A DNA stretch of 64,000 nt from Alphaproteobacteria bacterium (GCA_963665695.1 OY762427.1:627268-691267), one strand, 5' to 3'. Counted from the stretch's first letter, positions 8,875 to 18,477 are shown. A program made the numbers and translations. The notes: generated from the letters alone by a model not told the origin.

Positions 8875-10140
8875 TCACGCGCTGCCGCCGAACCAGTCGG
8901 GCGGCGCCCGTTCGGCGCGGAAGATCGCCCAGCCTTGCCCGGCGCCGCCGTCCCGGTCGTTCAGTTCGGCGTGGAACAGGATTTCCGGCGGGTCCGCCCG
9001 CGTCACCTCGAACACCTCCGCGCTGCCGTAGCCTTTCGGCGGCAGATCGGTGCGCGCGCCCTCCGGCCGGGTGAGCGTAATGCCGCCGAAGGTGACGAAG
9101 ACGTTGCCCGTCTGCGGCAGTTCCTGCGCGCCGCTGACATACATCGAATAGGGTCCCTCGAACGACCAGACCGGTTCGCAGGTCATCGCCCGCTCGTCGA
9201 TCCGGTAGGCGATGGCGCGGCTGACCAGGCTGTCGATATCCCGTTTCGGCGCCGGCGGGAAGGCGCCGCTCTCGCCGTTGTCGAACAGCAGCAGGCTGCC
9301 GTCCTGCATGAGGCTCGGATCGTGCTGATGCCAGAACCAGTCCGCCCGGCCGGCGGGCTTCAGCAGCTTGGACGCCCAGGGTTCGCGCCAGCCGTGCGGC
9401 GTGCCGAGGATCCATATGAGCGCGCCGCTTTTCCGGTCGATCTTGACGGTGCAGTCCTGGTGGCGGACCGTGACGATGAAGCTGTCGTCCGACGGATCGT
9501 GGATCAGCCCGTTGGCGTGGGTCCAGTCGGCGGCGCCGGGCGCGGCCTCCGCGATGGTCCAGAAAGGCGCGTCCAGCCCGTAGCCGATGCGGTGCGGGTC
9601 GATGACGTCGAAGAAATCGTGCTCGCGCACCGCCGTGCCGTCGGCGGCGAACTCGACGACCGTGTCGCCGGCGAGCAGCCGTTGCCCGCGCGGCCCGGCG
9701 ATATCGTTTTCGGACAGCGGGTAATCGTCGAAGGTCCGCGTCGTCAGCGACAGGGCGGCGAAATTGCCGTCGGGCAGTTCCTGCACCGAGTGGTGGAAAT
9801 ACAGCGTATCGACGGGAACCGCGTTCTCCGCCTGCGGGCCGCGGCCGGGCGAGGACCAGGCGCGGATCGTCTCGCCCGACTGCGCGACCTCGAGGATGCA
9901 GCCGTCGGTGGTCAAGACCAACAGCGTATCGCGCGGCGTGCGCTTGACGTCCATCAGCGAGCGGTTGCCGGGCGAACGCCACTGCCAGGCGATTTTGCCG
10001 TGACGGTCGAGCGCGACCAGCGCCTCGAACTCCGACTCGCGCGAGATCGCCCGCACCGCCTTGCCGACCGGCAGAACGATGAAGCCGGGCTCGCGCCGCT
10101 CCGGAATGCAGGTGTGAATGCGGAAAGGCGGAGCCTCCAT
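8875..10140 (-). CDS. Arylsulfotransferase (ASST)-like beta-propeller protein
   Basis: Start chosen at the ATG at 10140 (MEAPPF...), 1 nt after the upstream gene's stop. The longer listed ORF (to 10353) would overlap the upstream MetE-like gene. Confidence 0.5.
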   Translation of the reverse strand: MEAPPFRIHTCIPERREPGFIVLPVGKAVRAISRESEFEALVALDRHGKIAWQWRSPGNRSLMDVKRTPRDTLLVLTTDGCILEVAQSGETIRAWSSPGRGPQAENAVPVDTLYFHHSVQELPDGNFAALSLTTRTFDDYPLSENDIAGPRGQRLLAGDTVVEFAADGTAVREHDFFDVIDPHRIGYGLDAPFWTIAEAAPGAADWTHANGLIHDPSDDSFIVTVRHQDCTVKIDRKSGALIWILGTPHGWREPWASKLLKPAGRADWFWHQHDPSLMQDGSLLLFDNGESGAFPPAPKRDIDSLVSRAIAYRIDERAMTCEPVWSFEGPYSMYVSGAQELPQTGNVFVTFGGITLTRPEGARTDLPPKGYGSAEVFEVTRADPPEILFHAELNDRDGGAGQGWAIFRAERAPPDWFGGSA

Positions 10141-10141
10141 T

Positions 10142-11302
10142 CTACGCGGCCTTCCGCCCCCATAGCCGGTCGGTGGCGAGCGCCGCGCCGTCCGCCAGGG
10201 CGCGCAGCTTCTCCCAGACGATGCTGGGCCAGACCCGCGGCAGGCTGGCGAGCGTGGAGAAGCCGCAGTCGGTGCCGGCCTGGACCCGCTCGCGCCCGAC
10301 GATATCGGCGTAGGCGCACAAACGCTGGGCGACCAGCTTCGGATGCTCGACATGGTTGGTGTTGGTGTCGATCACGCCGGGCGCGAGGATCTTGTCGTCG
10401 GGAATCGGCAGGCCCGCCAGATCTTCGTGCTGGTGGCCGTGCTGCGGATTGGCGCCCTCGAACAGCACGACCGACGGCTTCGCCCGGAACACGATGTCCG
10501 CCATCGCGGCGAAAGGCACGTCGTGGGTGTGCGGGCCCGGATAGTTGCCCCAGCAGATGTGCATGCGCATCGCTTCGGCCGGGATGTTGCGGGTCGCGCG
10601 GTTGAGCGCCTCGACGCCGACTTCGGCGGCGCGGCGGAACTCGTCGAGGGACCGGCCGGCGAATTCCATGTGGCGGATCATGGCGAGGTCCGGGCAATCG
10701 ATCTGGAGCAGGAAGCCGGCCTTGTGGATCGCTTCGTATTCGTCGGCCAGCGCCTCGCCGAGCGCCAGCACATAGGCGTCGCGCGTCTCGTAATATGCGT
10801 TGGGCATGAAATGGGCGACGACGCCGGGCGAGGCGGCGTTCAGGAAGGCGCCGTATGGCTCCGCCGCGGCCACCGCCGCCCGGAAGTTCGCCAGGTCGGT
10901 CTCCAGCGGCCCGGTATCGCCCGGCTCGATGGGTGCGCGGCAGGCCGGCGGGTCGAGGTTCGGCAGCTTGGCGTTGGCGCGCATGCTGGCGGCGTAGTCC
11001 GGATGGGCCTTCAGGTCCGACGGCATCCAGCGCAGCGGCTCCGGATCGCCGAAGCCCTTGAGCCGGTGCTTGACATAGTTGGTGTAGGAGATTTTCGACA
11101 TTTCGCCGTCGCTGACGATGTCGACGCCGCACGCAACCTGCTTCCGCACGATCTCCGTCACCGATTCGGCGACTCGGCGCTCCAGCAGGGCCGGATCGTA
11201 GGGCCGGTCGCGGTCCCTGGCGACGAGCAGGTCGATCAGGTCGTCCGGCCGCGGCAGGCTGCCGACATGGGTGGCGAGAATGCGGTCGGCGGGGGGAGTC
11301 AT
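10142..11302 (-). CDS. Cobalamin-independent methionine synthase II-like (MetE C-terminal domain family) Zn enzyme
   Basis: 386 aa with UroD/MetE-like fold motifs (ICWGNYPGPHTHD, GTDCGFS). No N-terminal MetE domain. Confidence 0.65.
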   Translation of the reverse strand: MTPPADRILATHVGSLPRPDDLIDLLVARDRDRPYDPALLERRVAESVTEIVRKQVACGVDIVSDGEMSKISYTNYVKHRLKGFGDPEPLRWMPSDLKAHPDYAASMRANAKLPNLDPPACRAPIEPGDTGPLETDLANFRAAVAAAEPYGAFLNAASPGVVAHFMPNAYYETRDAYVLALGEALADEYEAIHKAGFLLQIDCPDLAMIRHMEFAGRSLDEFRRAAEVGVEALNRATRNIPAEAMRMHICWGNYPGPHTHDVPFAAMADIVFRAKPSVVLFEGANPQHGHQHEDLAGLPIPDDKILAPGVIDTNTNHVEHPKLVAQRLCAYADIVGRERVQAGTDCGFSTLASLPRVWPSIVWEKLRALADGAALATDRLWGRKAA

Positions 11303-11435
11303 GGCTGCAGGGTCGAAATTCCGGTCGCCGTTTCCCTACAGGAGGAAACGGGCAAACGCCAACCCCTTGCACGGTTGACCGGGCGGCGCCCCTGTCAGAG
11401 AAAACCCGACGGAAGCAATCGGGCGGAAGCGGCAC

Positions 11436-12434
11436 ATGCGCGTCATCGTCACCGGCGGGGCCGGGTTTCTCGGGCGGAAGCTGGCGCGGGCGATCCTGGA
11501 GCGCGGGACGCTCGCCGGACCGGACGGCGCGCCTGCCCCGGTATCGGAGCTCGTGCTGTTCGACAATGTCCCGCCGGACGATCTCGGCGGACGGGCCGAG
11601 GCGGCGACCGGCGATATCGGCGACGCCGCTACGGTGCGCGATCTGGTCGGCGGCGATGCGGCGAGCGTCTTCCATCTCGCCGCCGTCGTCAGCGCCGGGG
11701 CGGAGGAGGATTTCGCGCTCGGCTACCGGGTCAACCTGGACGGCACGCGCTACCTGCTGGAAGCCTGCCGCGGGCTGGCGCGCCCGCCGCGCCTGGTCTT
11801 CGCCTCCTCCATCGCGGTCTATGGCGGCGACCTGCCGGAGACGATCGAGGACGATACCCCGCCCCTGCCGCAGACCTCCTACGGCATCCAGAAGCTGGTC
11901 GGCGAGCAACTGGTCCACGACTACACCCGCAAGGGCTATATCGACGGCCGGGCGCTGCGCCTGCCGACGATCATGGTGCGGCCGGCGCCGAACCGCGCCG
12001 CCTCGACCTGGGCGAGCTCGATTATCCGCGAGCCGTTGCAGGGCAGGGATTACGACTGCCCGGTCGAGCCCGGTGTCGCGATGGCCTGCCTGTCGCCCCG
12101 GCGCACGGCGGACGCTTTCATCGCCGTCCACGACCTGCCCGGCGAACGGCTCGGCCTGAAGCGGACCCTGCTGCTGTCGGGCCTCCGGGCGACGGCGGCG
12201 GACATGGCCGATGCGGTGGCGCGCAACGCCGGCAACCGCCGGACCGGCGCAATCCGCTGGACGCCGGACCCGGCGACCATGAAGATCGTCGGCGGCTGGC
12301 CGGGCGAGGCCCGCGGCGCCCGGGCCGAGGCGCTCGGCATCGCGCCGGACGGTTCGATCGACGAGATCGTCCGCGCCTTCATCGCCGACGATCTGGCGGA
12401 CGGGGGCAGCGCCGAAGGGGAGACCGGCCGATGA
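11436..12434 (+). CDS. NAD-dependent epimerase/dehydratase (SDR extended family)
   Basis: N-terminal Rossmann motif VTGGAGFLGRKL and a YxxxK catalytic motif (SYGIQK). Confidence 0.7.
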   Translation: MRVIVTGGAGFLGRKLARAILERGTLAGPDGAPAPVSELVLFDNVPPDDLGGRAEAATGDIGDAATVRDLVGGDAASVFHLAAVVSAGAEEDFALGYRVNLDGTRYLLEACRGLARPPRLVFASSIAVYGGDLPETIEDDTPPLPQTSYGIQKLVGEQLVHDYTRKGYIDGRALRLPTIMVRPAPNRAASTWASSIIREPLQGRDYDCPVEPGVAMACLSPRRTADAFIAVHDLPGERLGLKRTLLLSGLRATAADMADAVARNAGNRRTGAIRWTPDPATMKIVGGWPGEARGARAEALGIAPDGSIDEIVRAFIADDLADGGSAEGETGR

Positions 12435-13144
12435 CGACCTTCGTTCTGGTGCATGGCGCCTGGCACGGCGGCTGGTGCTGGCGCGACGTTGCGGACCGTC
12501 TGCGCGCAGACGGCCATGCCGTGTACGCGCCGACGCTGACCGGGCTTTCCGACCGCTCGCACCTGCTGACGCGCGAGACCGGCCTGGAGACCCACATCCT
12601 CGACATCGTCAACCTGCTCGAATGGGAGGAGCTGGACGATATCGTGCTGTGCGGCCACAGCTATGGCGGGATGGTCGTCACCGGCGCCGCCGACCGCGCG
12701 GCCGGGCGGCTCCGGGCGCTGGTCTATCTCGACGCCTTCGTGCCGGCGGACGGGCAGTGCGTCAACGATATGGCCCCGCCCGAGCGCGTCGCGGCGTTCG
12801 AGAGGTCCGCCGCGGAACGGGGCGGCGGCTGGAAGGCGCCGCCCCTGCCGGCGAGCGCCTGGCTCGACGATCCGGCCCAGCAGGCGTGGGTCGAGGCCAA
12901 GGTGACGCCGCACCCCCTGCGCTGCCTCACCGAACCCATCGAGCTGTCCGGCGCATGGGAGGCGGCCGGCCGCAGGATGCACATCCTGGCGAGCGCCAAC
13001 GACCCCTCGCCCTTCCACGCGATCCACGAGCGCGTAGCGTCCGAACCGGGCTGGCAGCGCCGCCGCATCGACGGCCCGCACGACCTGATGATCTCGCATC
13101 CGGAGGAGACCGCCGCGCTTCTGCTGGAAGCCGCCGAACCCTGA
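12431..13144 (+). CDS. Alpha/beta hydrolase (methylesterase/salicylate-esterase-like)
   Basis: HGAWHGGW oxyanion region and a GHSYGG nucleophile elbow. ATGA overlap with the upstream epimerase. The start is inside the long artefactual ORF 10343..13144. Confidence 0.7.
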   Translation: MTTFVLVHGAWHGGWCWRDVADRLRADGHAVYAPTLTGLSDRSHLLTRETGLETHILDIVNLLEWEELDDIVLCGHSYGGMVVTGAADRAAGRLRALVYLDAFVPADGQCVNDMAPPERVAAFERSAAERGGGWKAPPLPASAWLDDPAQQAWVEAKVTPHPLRCLTEPIELSGAWEAAGRRMHILASANDPSPFHAIHERVASEPGWQRRRIDGPHDLMISHPEETAALLLEAAEP

Positions 13145-13234
13145 ACGCCGACGAGGCCCTGCGCCTCCGCGGGTCGGGTTGGGAGGGCGACCCGGACCGG
13201 ATGCGCCGCGACCGCAGCCGGTGAGGACCTCTGC

Positions 13235-14080
13235 CTAACGTTTCTCCAGTATCCCCTTGATTTCGTCCATCTGGCGCTGGAGGGCTTCCATACGCTGGAT
13301 CAGGGCGGAGGCTTCGGCCTCGGTGACCGCGTGCATCTCCGCCTTGAGCGCGGCGGATTCGGCCTGGCTCTGCTCGGTCATGGCGTTGACGATCACGGCG
13401 ATGAACAGGTTGATGACGGCGAAGCTGGTCATCAGGATGAACGGCACGAAAACCATCCAGGCGCCGGGATACTGCTCCATCACCGGCCGGACGATGCCCA
13501 TGGACCAGCTTTCCAGGGTCATGATCTGGAACAGCGAATACATGCTGTCGCCGACCGTGCCGAACCAGTCGGGGAACGCCTTGCCGTAGAGCTTCGTCAC
13601 CATCACGGCGAAGACGTAGTAGACCAGCGCCAGCAGGGCGATCACGCTGGAGACGCCGGGGATCGCCGCCATCAGCGCCATCACCACCTTGCGCATCGAG
13701 GGAACGATGGCGACCAGCCGCAGGACGCGCAGGATGCGCAGGGAGCGCAGGACCGCAAGATCGCCGCTCGCCGGCGCAAGCGCGATGCCGACGATGATGA
13801 AATCGAAGACGTTCCAGCCGTTGGTGAAATAGCGCCAGCCGAAGGCGAACAGCTTGGCGAGCAGTTCGGCGACGAAGATCGCCAGCACGGCGTCGTCGAG
13901 GAACAGGAGCAGCGGCCCGGCCCGCTCCGTGACGCTTGCCGAGGTTTCCAGGCCGAGGGCGATCGCGTTGAACACGATGACCGCGGTGATCGCGCGCGTC
14001 ACCCGCGGGCTCTCCATGAAGACGCCGACCCGGCGGCGCACCCGGTTGAGCGGCGAGGTCGGCTCCGGCAGCGCGGTCAC
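13235..14080 (-). CDS. Bacterial voltage-gated sodium channel, BacNav/NaChBac family (paralog 1)
   Basis: Six-TM architecture. S4 with Arg every third residue (LRSLRILRVLRLV). Selectivity filter TLESWSM, as described for NavAb/NavMs. C-terminal coiled coil. GTG start, with GTGA overlapping the stop of paralog 2. Confidence 0.85.
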   Translation of the reverse strand: MTALPEPTSPLNRVRRRVGVFMESPRVTRAITAVIVFNAIALGLETSASVTERAGPLLLFLDDAVLAIFVAELLAKLFAFGWRYFTNGWNVFDFIIVGIALAPASGDLAVLRSLRILRVLRLVAIVPSMRKVVMALMAAIPGVSSVIALLALVYYVFAVMVTKLYGKAFPDWFGTVGDSMYSLFQIMTLESWSMGIVRPVMEQYPGAWMVFVPFILMTSFAVINLFIAVIVNAMTEQSQAESAALKAEMHAVTEAEASALIQRMEALQRQMDEIKGILEKR

Positions 14081-15072
14081 GGCTTGTCCGCCAGCAGGGA
14101 CTTGAGTTCGCGGATCTCGGCCTTGAGCGCGCCGATCTCCGCCGTCAGCTCCCCGGTCTGGGCGTCGACCTTGTCGCTCAGGGTCTCCGTCCGCGCTTTC
14201 GCTTCCTCGGTCAGCTTCATGGTCTGCTCGGCGATGTCCTGTTCAAGCGTGTCGCGGGCCTCTTCGAGATCGTAGGCCTGCTGCTCCTGCATGGCGTTGA
14301 CGATCACCGCGATGAACAGGTTGAGCACGGCGAAGCTGGTCACGAGGATGAAGGGCACGAAGACCAGCCAGGCGTTCGGAAAGGTCTCCATCACCGGGCG
14401 GACGATGCCCATGGACCAGCTTTCCAGGGTCATGATCTGGAACAGGGAATACATGCTCTCGCCGACCGTGCCGAACCATTGCGGGAAGGTTTCGCCGTAA
14501 AGGCGGGTGGCGATCACGGCGAAAATGTAGAAGACCAGCACCATCAGCATCATGATCGAACTGACGCCGGGAATGCTGGCAAGCAATGCCATCACCACCT
14601 TGCGCATGGCCGGCACGATCGAGACCAGCCGCAGGACGCGCAGGATGCGCAGCGCCCGCAGAACGGAAAACGCCCCGGCGCTCGGCGCCAGCGCGATGCC
14701 GACGATGACGAAATCGAAGACGTTCCAGCCGCGCCGGAAGAAGCCGAGCGGCCCGAAGGCGACCATCTTGAGCAGGATTTCGGCAACGAAGACGGCGAGG
14801 ATGATCCGGTCCAGCCCGGCGATCAGCCCGCCGGCGTGGGCCATGGCGACCTTCGAGGTTTCGAGGCCGAGGGTGAGGGCGTTGACGGCGATGAGCGCGG
14901 TGACCGTCCACTGGAAGTGCGGCCCGTCGATAACGGCGCGCAGCCGGCCGCGCAGCCCGGCCGCGTCGGCGGCGGGCTCCTTCGAGGCCTCCGGTCCTTT
15001 CTTGTCGGCGCGGCTCCGGCCGGCCGGCGTCTCGCCCGGCCTGATGGCGCCGACCCAGCGACGGGCTCTCAC
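14077..15072 (-). CDS. Bacterial voltage-gated sodium channel, BacNav/NaChBac family (paralog 2)
   Basis: Same architecture (S4 LRALRILRVLRLV, filter TLESWSM, long C-terminal coiled coil). Start placed at GTG 15072, which has GGGAGA 9 nt upstream. The listed ORF start at 15309 would overlap the divergent YHS gene, and that extra N-terminus is low-complexity. Confidence 0.8.
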   Translation of the reverse strand: MRARRWVGAIRPGETPAGRSRADKKGPEASKEPAADAAGLRGRLRAVIDGPHFQWTVTALIAVNALTLGLETSKVAMAHAGGLIAGLDRIILAVFVAEILLKMVAFGPLGFFRRGWNVFDFVIVGIALAPSAGAFSVLRALRILRVLRLVSIVPAMRKVVMALLASIPGVSSIMMLMVLVFYIFAVIATRLYGETFPQWFGTVGESMYSLFQIMTLESWSMGIVRPVMETFPNAWLVFVPFILVTSFAVLNLFIAVIVNAMQEQQAYDLEEARDTLEQDIAEQTMKLTEEAKARTETLSDKVDAQTGELTAEIGALKAEIRELKSLLADKP

Positions 15073-15289
15073 CCCGGATTCTCCCTTGCATACCGACTGT
15101 GGCGGGATCGGTCGTTCGACGGCCCGTGTTTTAGACGGCGCGGGCGGCAGATCAACCCGGACGCCGCGTCGCGCACGGATAGCGGCGCGATCCGGCCTCA
15201 CAGCCGCGTCGAACGGTTTGGGCTGAATTCCCGGTTCGCCATACCCATATAACACACCGAACCGATCCCCCGACCGCAGGGAGCCTCCG

Positions 15290-15760
15290 ATGACCCCGAC
15301 TCGCCGCATCTTTCTCGCTGCCGCCCTCGCCGCGCCGATCGCGGCCGTTGCGGGCTATTACGCCGTGGCGCCGGCCACGGCCGCCAAGCCGGAAATCTTC
15401 GCGCCGGACGGCAAGGCGATCCGCGGCTACGATCCCGTGGCCTATTTCACCGAAGGAAAGCCGGTCGCCGGCAAGCCGGAATTCACCCACAAGTGGAAAG
15501 GCGCGACCTGGTATTTCTCCAGCGCCGCCAACCGGGACAGGTTCGGGAGCGACCCCGGACGCTGGGCGCCGCAATACGGCGGCTACTGCGCCTACGGCAT
15601 CGCCCAGGGCTATGCCGTCAAGATCGAGGTCGACCAGTGGTCGGTCGTCGACGGCAAGCTCTACCTCAACTACGACCGCAGCGTGCAGCGGACCTGGAAA
15701 CGGGACATTCCCGGTTATATCCGCAAGGCCGACAGGAACTGGCCGGGCGTGCTGAAATAG
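15290..15760 (+). CDS. YHS-domain protein with Tat-type signal peptide
   Basis: RRIFLAAALAAPIAAVAG signal, followed by repeated YHS/TRASH-like Y..KW/Y..Y motifs. Confidence 0.7.
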   Translation: MTPTRRIFLAAALAAPIAAVAGYYAVAPATAAKPEIFAPDGKAIRGYDPVAYFTEGKPVAGKPEFTHKWKGATWYFSSAANRDRFGSDPGRWAPQYGGYCAYGIAQGYAVKIEVDQWSVVDGKLYLNYDRSVQRTWKRDIPGYIRKADRNWPGVLK

Positions 15761-15814
15761 ATCCGGGTTGAAACGGACCCGGGCCGAAACAGACCCGGGC
15801 GGGGCGCACGGCGT

Positions 15815-17260
15815 TCAGGACGTTCCGGGCGCGCCCTTGGGCGAAGCCGGAGCGGGGTCCGGGCCTGTACCGGGCGGGTGCGCGCTCTCGCGCTTGCGGC
15901 GGATGACGCCCCGGCGCTCCAGGCGCGCCAGCACGAGGATCAGGATGACCGCCGGCGCGCCGAGGACCGAGGCGTAGGCGAAGAACGGCACATAGCCCGC
16001 AGCGTCGACGACCACGCCGGAAAATCCGGCGACTAGCTTGCCCGGCAGCAGCATGATCGAGGTCAGCAGTGCGTATTGCGTCGCCGTGTACTGGATGTTG
16101 GTGAGCGACGACAGATAGGCGATGAAGGCCGATCCGGCCATGCCGGCGGCGATGCTGTCGGCGCTGACGATGGCGGTGAGCAGCCAGAAGCTGTTTGTCT
16201 GGATCAGCGCCATGAAGCCGAACAGCAGGTTGGTCGCGATCACGGTGAGCGCGGCGGCCATCAGCGCCGGCAGGACGCCGATCCGGGCCACGACGAAGCC
16301 GCCGAACAGCGCGCCGCCGATCGCCGCGAGCAGGCCGAACAGCTTGGTCGCGTTGGCGATCTCGGCCTTGGAGAAACCGAGGTCGATATAGAAGGGCCCG
16401 GCCATGACGCCGAGCGTGATGTCGGACAGGCGGTAGACCGCGATCAGCAGCAGGATCAGCAGGGTCCAGCTGCCGTTGCGGGTGAAGAACTCGGTGAACG
16501 GCCCGATCGCGGCGGTGCTGAACCAGGTCGCGATCCGGGTAAGGGCGGTCTGCCGGCCGCCGCGCAGGCCGGCCGCCGCCTGGATCTTCGCCAGCAGTTC
16601 GTCGGTCGCCCCGGTGCGCGCCGCCGCCGGCTCCGGGCGGATCAGGATGGTGACGACGCCGATGAGCATGAAGGCGGCCATGGCGGCATAGGCCGTGCCC
16701 CAATCGATATATTCGGCCAGATAGAGCGCCAGCGCGCCGCCGACGATCTTGACCGCCAGCATGTAGCCGGCCTGGTAGGCGCCGGCGGTCGCGCCCTGCA
16801 TACGGTCGGGCGCGCTCTCGATCCGGAAGGCGTCGAGCGCGATATCCTGGGTCGCGCTGCTGAACGCCACGATGAAGGCGAACAGGGCCATCTGCCACAG
16901 GTCGCTCTTCGGGTCGGTCAGCGCCATGCCGATCAGGCCGGCGATTACGCCTGCTATGGCGAGCAGGACCCAGCTCCGGCGCCGGCCGAGCCGGGAAAGC
17001 GGCCCGGGAAGCTGCAACCGGTCGACCAGCGGCGACCACAGGAACTTGAAGCCGTAGGTCAATGCGACCCAACTGAAGAAGCCGATGGCGGTGCGGCTGA
17101 CCCCGACATCGCGCAGCCAGACCGACAGCGTGGTAAACACCAGGATGAGCGGCAGCCCGGCCGAGATGCCCATGAAGAACATGGTGACGACGCGCGGGTC
17201 GCGATAGGCGCCGAGCGCCTGCCGCCATGTCGGCGCCGGTTTTTCCGATGCGTCTGTCAA
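15815..17260 (-). CDS. ampG: AmpG family muropeptide MFS permease
   Basis: 481 aa with 12-14 TM helices. The N-terminal region (FFMGISAGLPLILVF...LSVWL) is characteristic of AmpG. Confidence 0.85.
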   Translation of the reverse strand: MTDASEKPAPTWRQALGAYRDPRVVTMFFMGISAGLPLILVFTTLSVWLRDVGVSRTAIGFFSWVALTYGFKFLWSPLVDRLQLPGPLSRLGRRRSWVLLAIAGVIAGLIGMALTDPKSDLWQMALFAFIVAFSSATQDIALDAFRIESAPDRMQGATAGAYQAGYMLAVKIVGGALALYLAEYIDWGTAYAAMAAFMLIGVVTILIRPEPAAARTGATDELLAKIQAAAGLRGGRQTALTRIATWFSTAAIGPFTEFFTRNGSWTLLILLLIAVYRLSDITLGVMAGPFYIDLGFSKAEIANATKLFGLLAAIGGALFGGFVVARIGVLPALMAAALTVIATNLLFGFMALIQTNSFWLLTAIVSADSIAAGMAGSAFIAYLSSLTNIQYTATQYALLTSIMLLPGKLVAGFSGVVVDAAGYVPFFAYASVLGAPAVILILVLARLERRGVIRRKRESAHPPGTGPDPAPASPKGAPGTS

Positions 17261-17351
17261 GTCCCGTTCTCCGGACGGCCCGTTCGTCCCGGCGGACGTT
17301 TGGGCGGACGTCCCCGCGCGCGGCCCTGCTTCGGGCGGCGGCCGGAGCGTG

Positions 17352-18344
17352 TCAACCCGACTTTTCCGTTACCAGTTCCCTGAGCGGCGCGGCGGGCCGG
17401 GCGCCGAAATGGCCGATGACCTCGGCGGCGCACAGGCTGCCGAGCCGGCCGCATTCGGCAAGGCTGCCGCCGCGGCACAGGCCGTGCAGGAAGCCGGCGG
17501 CATACAGGTCGCCCGCGCCGGTGGTGTCCACCGCGTTTTCGACCGGCTCGGCGGCGACTTCGAAAACGCCGGCGCCGGAGACGACCGCGGAGCCCTTCTC
17601 GCTCCGGGTCAGCGCCGCGATCCCGCATTTGCCGCGCACCGCCTCCAGCGCGCCGGCGAAATCGCGCGCTTCGTAGAGCGAGACGATCTCCTCCTCGTTG
17701 GCGAACAGGATATCGATATGGCCGTCGACCAAGTCGCGGATTTCGGCCCGGTGCCGCTCGACGCAAAAGGCGTCCGAGAGCGACAGCGCGACCTTGCGGC
17801 CGGCGGCATGGGCCGCCTCGGCCGCCTTGTAGAAGGCCGCCCGGGCCGGCGGCGGATCGAACAGATAGCCTTCGAGATAGGCGATTCGGGAACTCCGGAC
17901 GAGGTCTTCGTCGATATCCTCCGGCCCGAACTCCGCCGCGGCGCCCAGGCAGGTCTGCATGGTCCGTTCGGCGTCCGGCGTCACGGCGATCAGGCAGCGG
18001 CCGGTGGCGGCCCCGTCGGGCGCCGGCGCGGCCTCGAAACGGACGCCGGCGGCGCGGATGTCGCGGGCGAAGGCGGCGCCCAGTTCGTCGTTGCACACCC
18101 GGCCGATGAAGGCCGGCCGGCCGCCGAGCGAGGCGATCCCGGCCATGGTGTTGGCCGCCGAGCCGCCGGACATTTCGGTGGCCGGGCCCAAGGCGGCGTA
18201 GAGCGCCTCCGAGGCCGCCGCGTCCGCCAGCGTCATGCCGCCCTTGCGCAAGCCGTGCCGCGCGATGAACGACTCGTCGACCGGTGCGATCACGTCGACG
18301 ATGGCGTTGCCGAGGCCGACAACATCGAAAGCGGCGTCATTCAT
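17352..18344 (-). CDS. PfkB-family carbohydrate/nucleoside kinase (adenosine-kinase-like)
   Basis: N-terminal GLGNAIVDV and the C-terminal DTTGAGDLYAAGFLHGL PfkB signature. Start placed at the ATG at 18344 (MNDAAFD). Confidence 0.7.
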   Translation of the reverse strand: MNDAAFDVVGLGNAIVDVIAPVDESFIARHGLRKGGMTLADAAASEALYAALGPATEMSGGSAANTMAGIASLGGRPAFIGRVCNDELGAAFARDIRAAGVRFEAAPAPDGAATGRCLIAVTPDAERTMQTCLGAAAEFGPEDIDEDLVRSSRIAYLEGYLFDPPPARAAFYKAAEAAHAAGRKVALSLSDAFCVERHRAEIRDLVDGHIDILFANEEEIVSLYEARDFAGALEAVRGKCGIAALTRSEKGSAVVSGAGVFEVAAEPVENAVDTTGAGDLYAAGFLHGLCRGGSLAECGRLGSLCAAEVIGHFGARPAAPLRELVTEKSG

Positions 18345-18477
18345 CGGGAAAATGTCCGGTCCGGTGGTAATTCGCGCAACCGGCACCAACTATAGCCGGC
18401 GCGCGCCGGCCGCAACAGCGGCGATGCCGGCGGCGGCCGCGTTGTCCTGCCGTCCGGGACGGAAGAAGGGAGACTCC

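Noticed and set aside
10343-13144. 933-aa plus-strand ORF
   Set aside because: Antisense to the MetE-like gene and a different frame from the epimerase. Only its last 714 nt (the alpha/beta hydrolase from ATG 12431) is genuine.
15073-15309. Longer start (ATG 15309) for the second channel paralog
   Set aside because: It would overlap the divergent YHS gene start (15290) and adds only low-complexity sequence. GTG 15072 with an upstream GGGAGA is more consistent, though the long form cannot be excluded.
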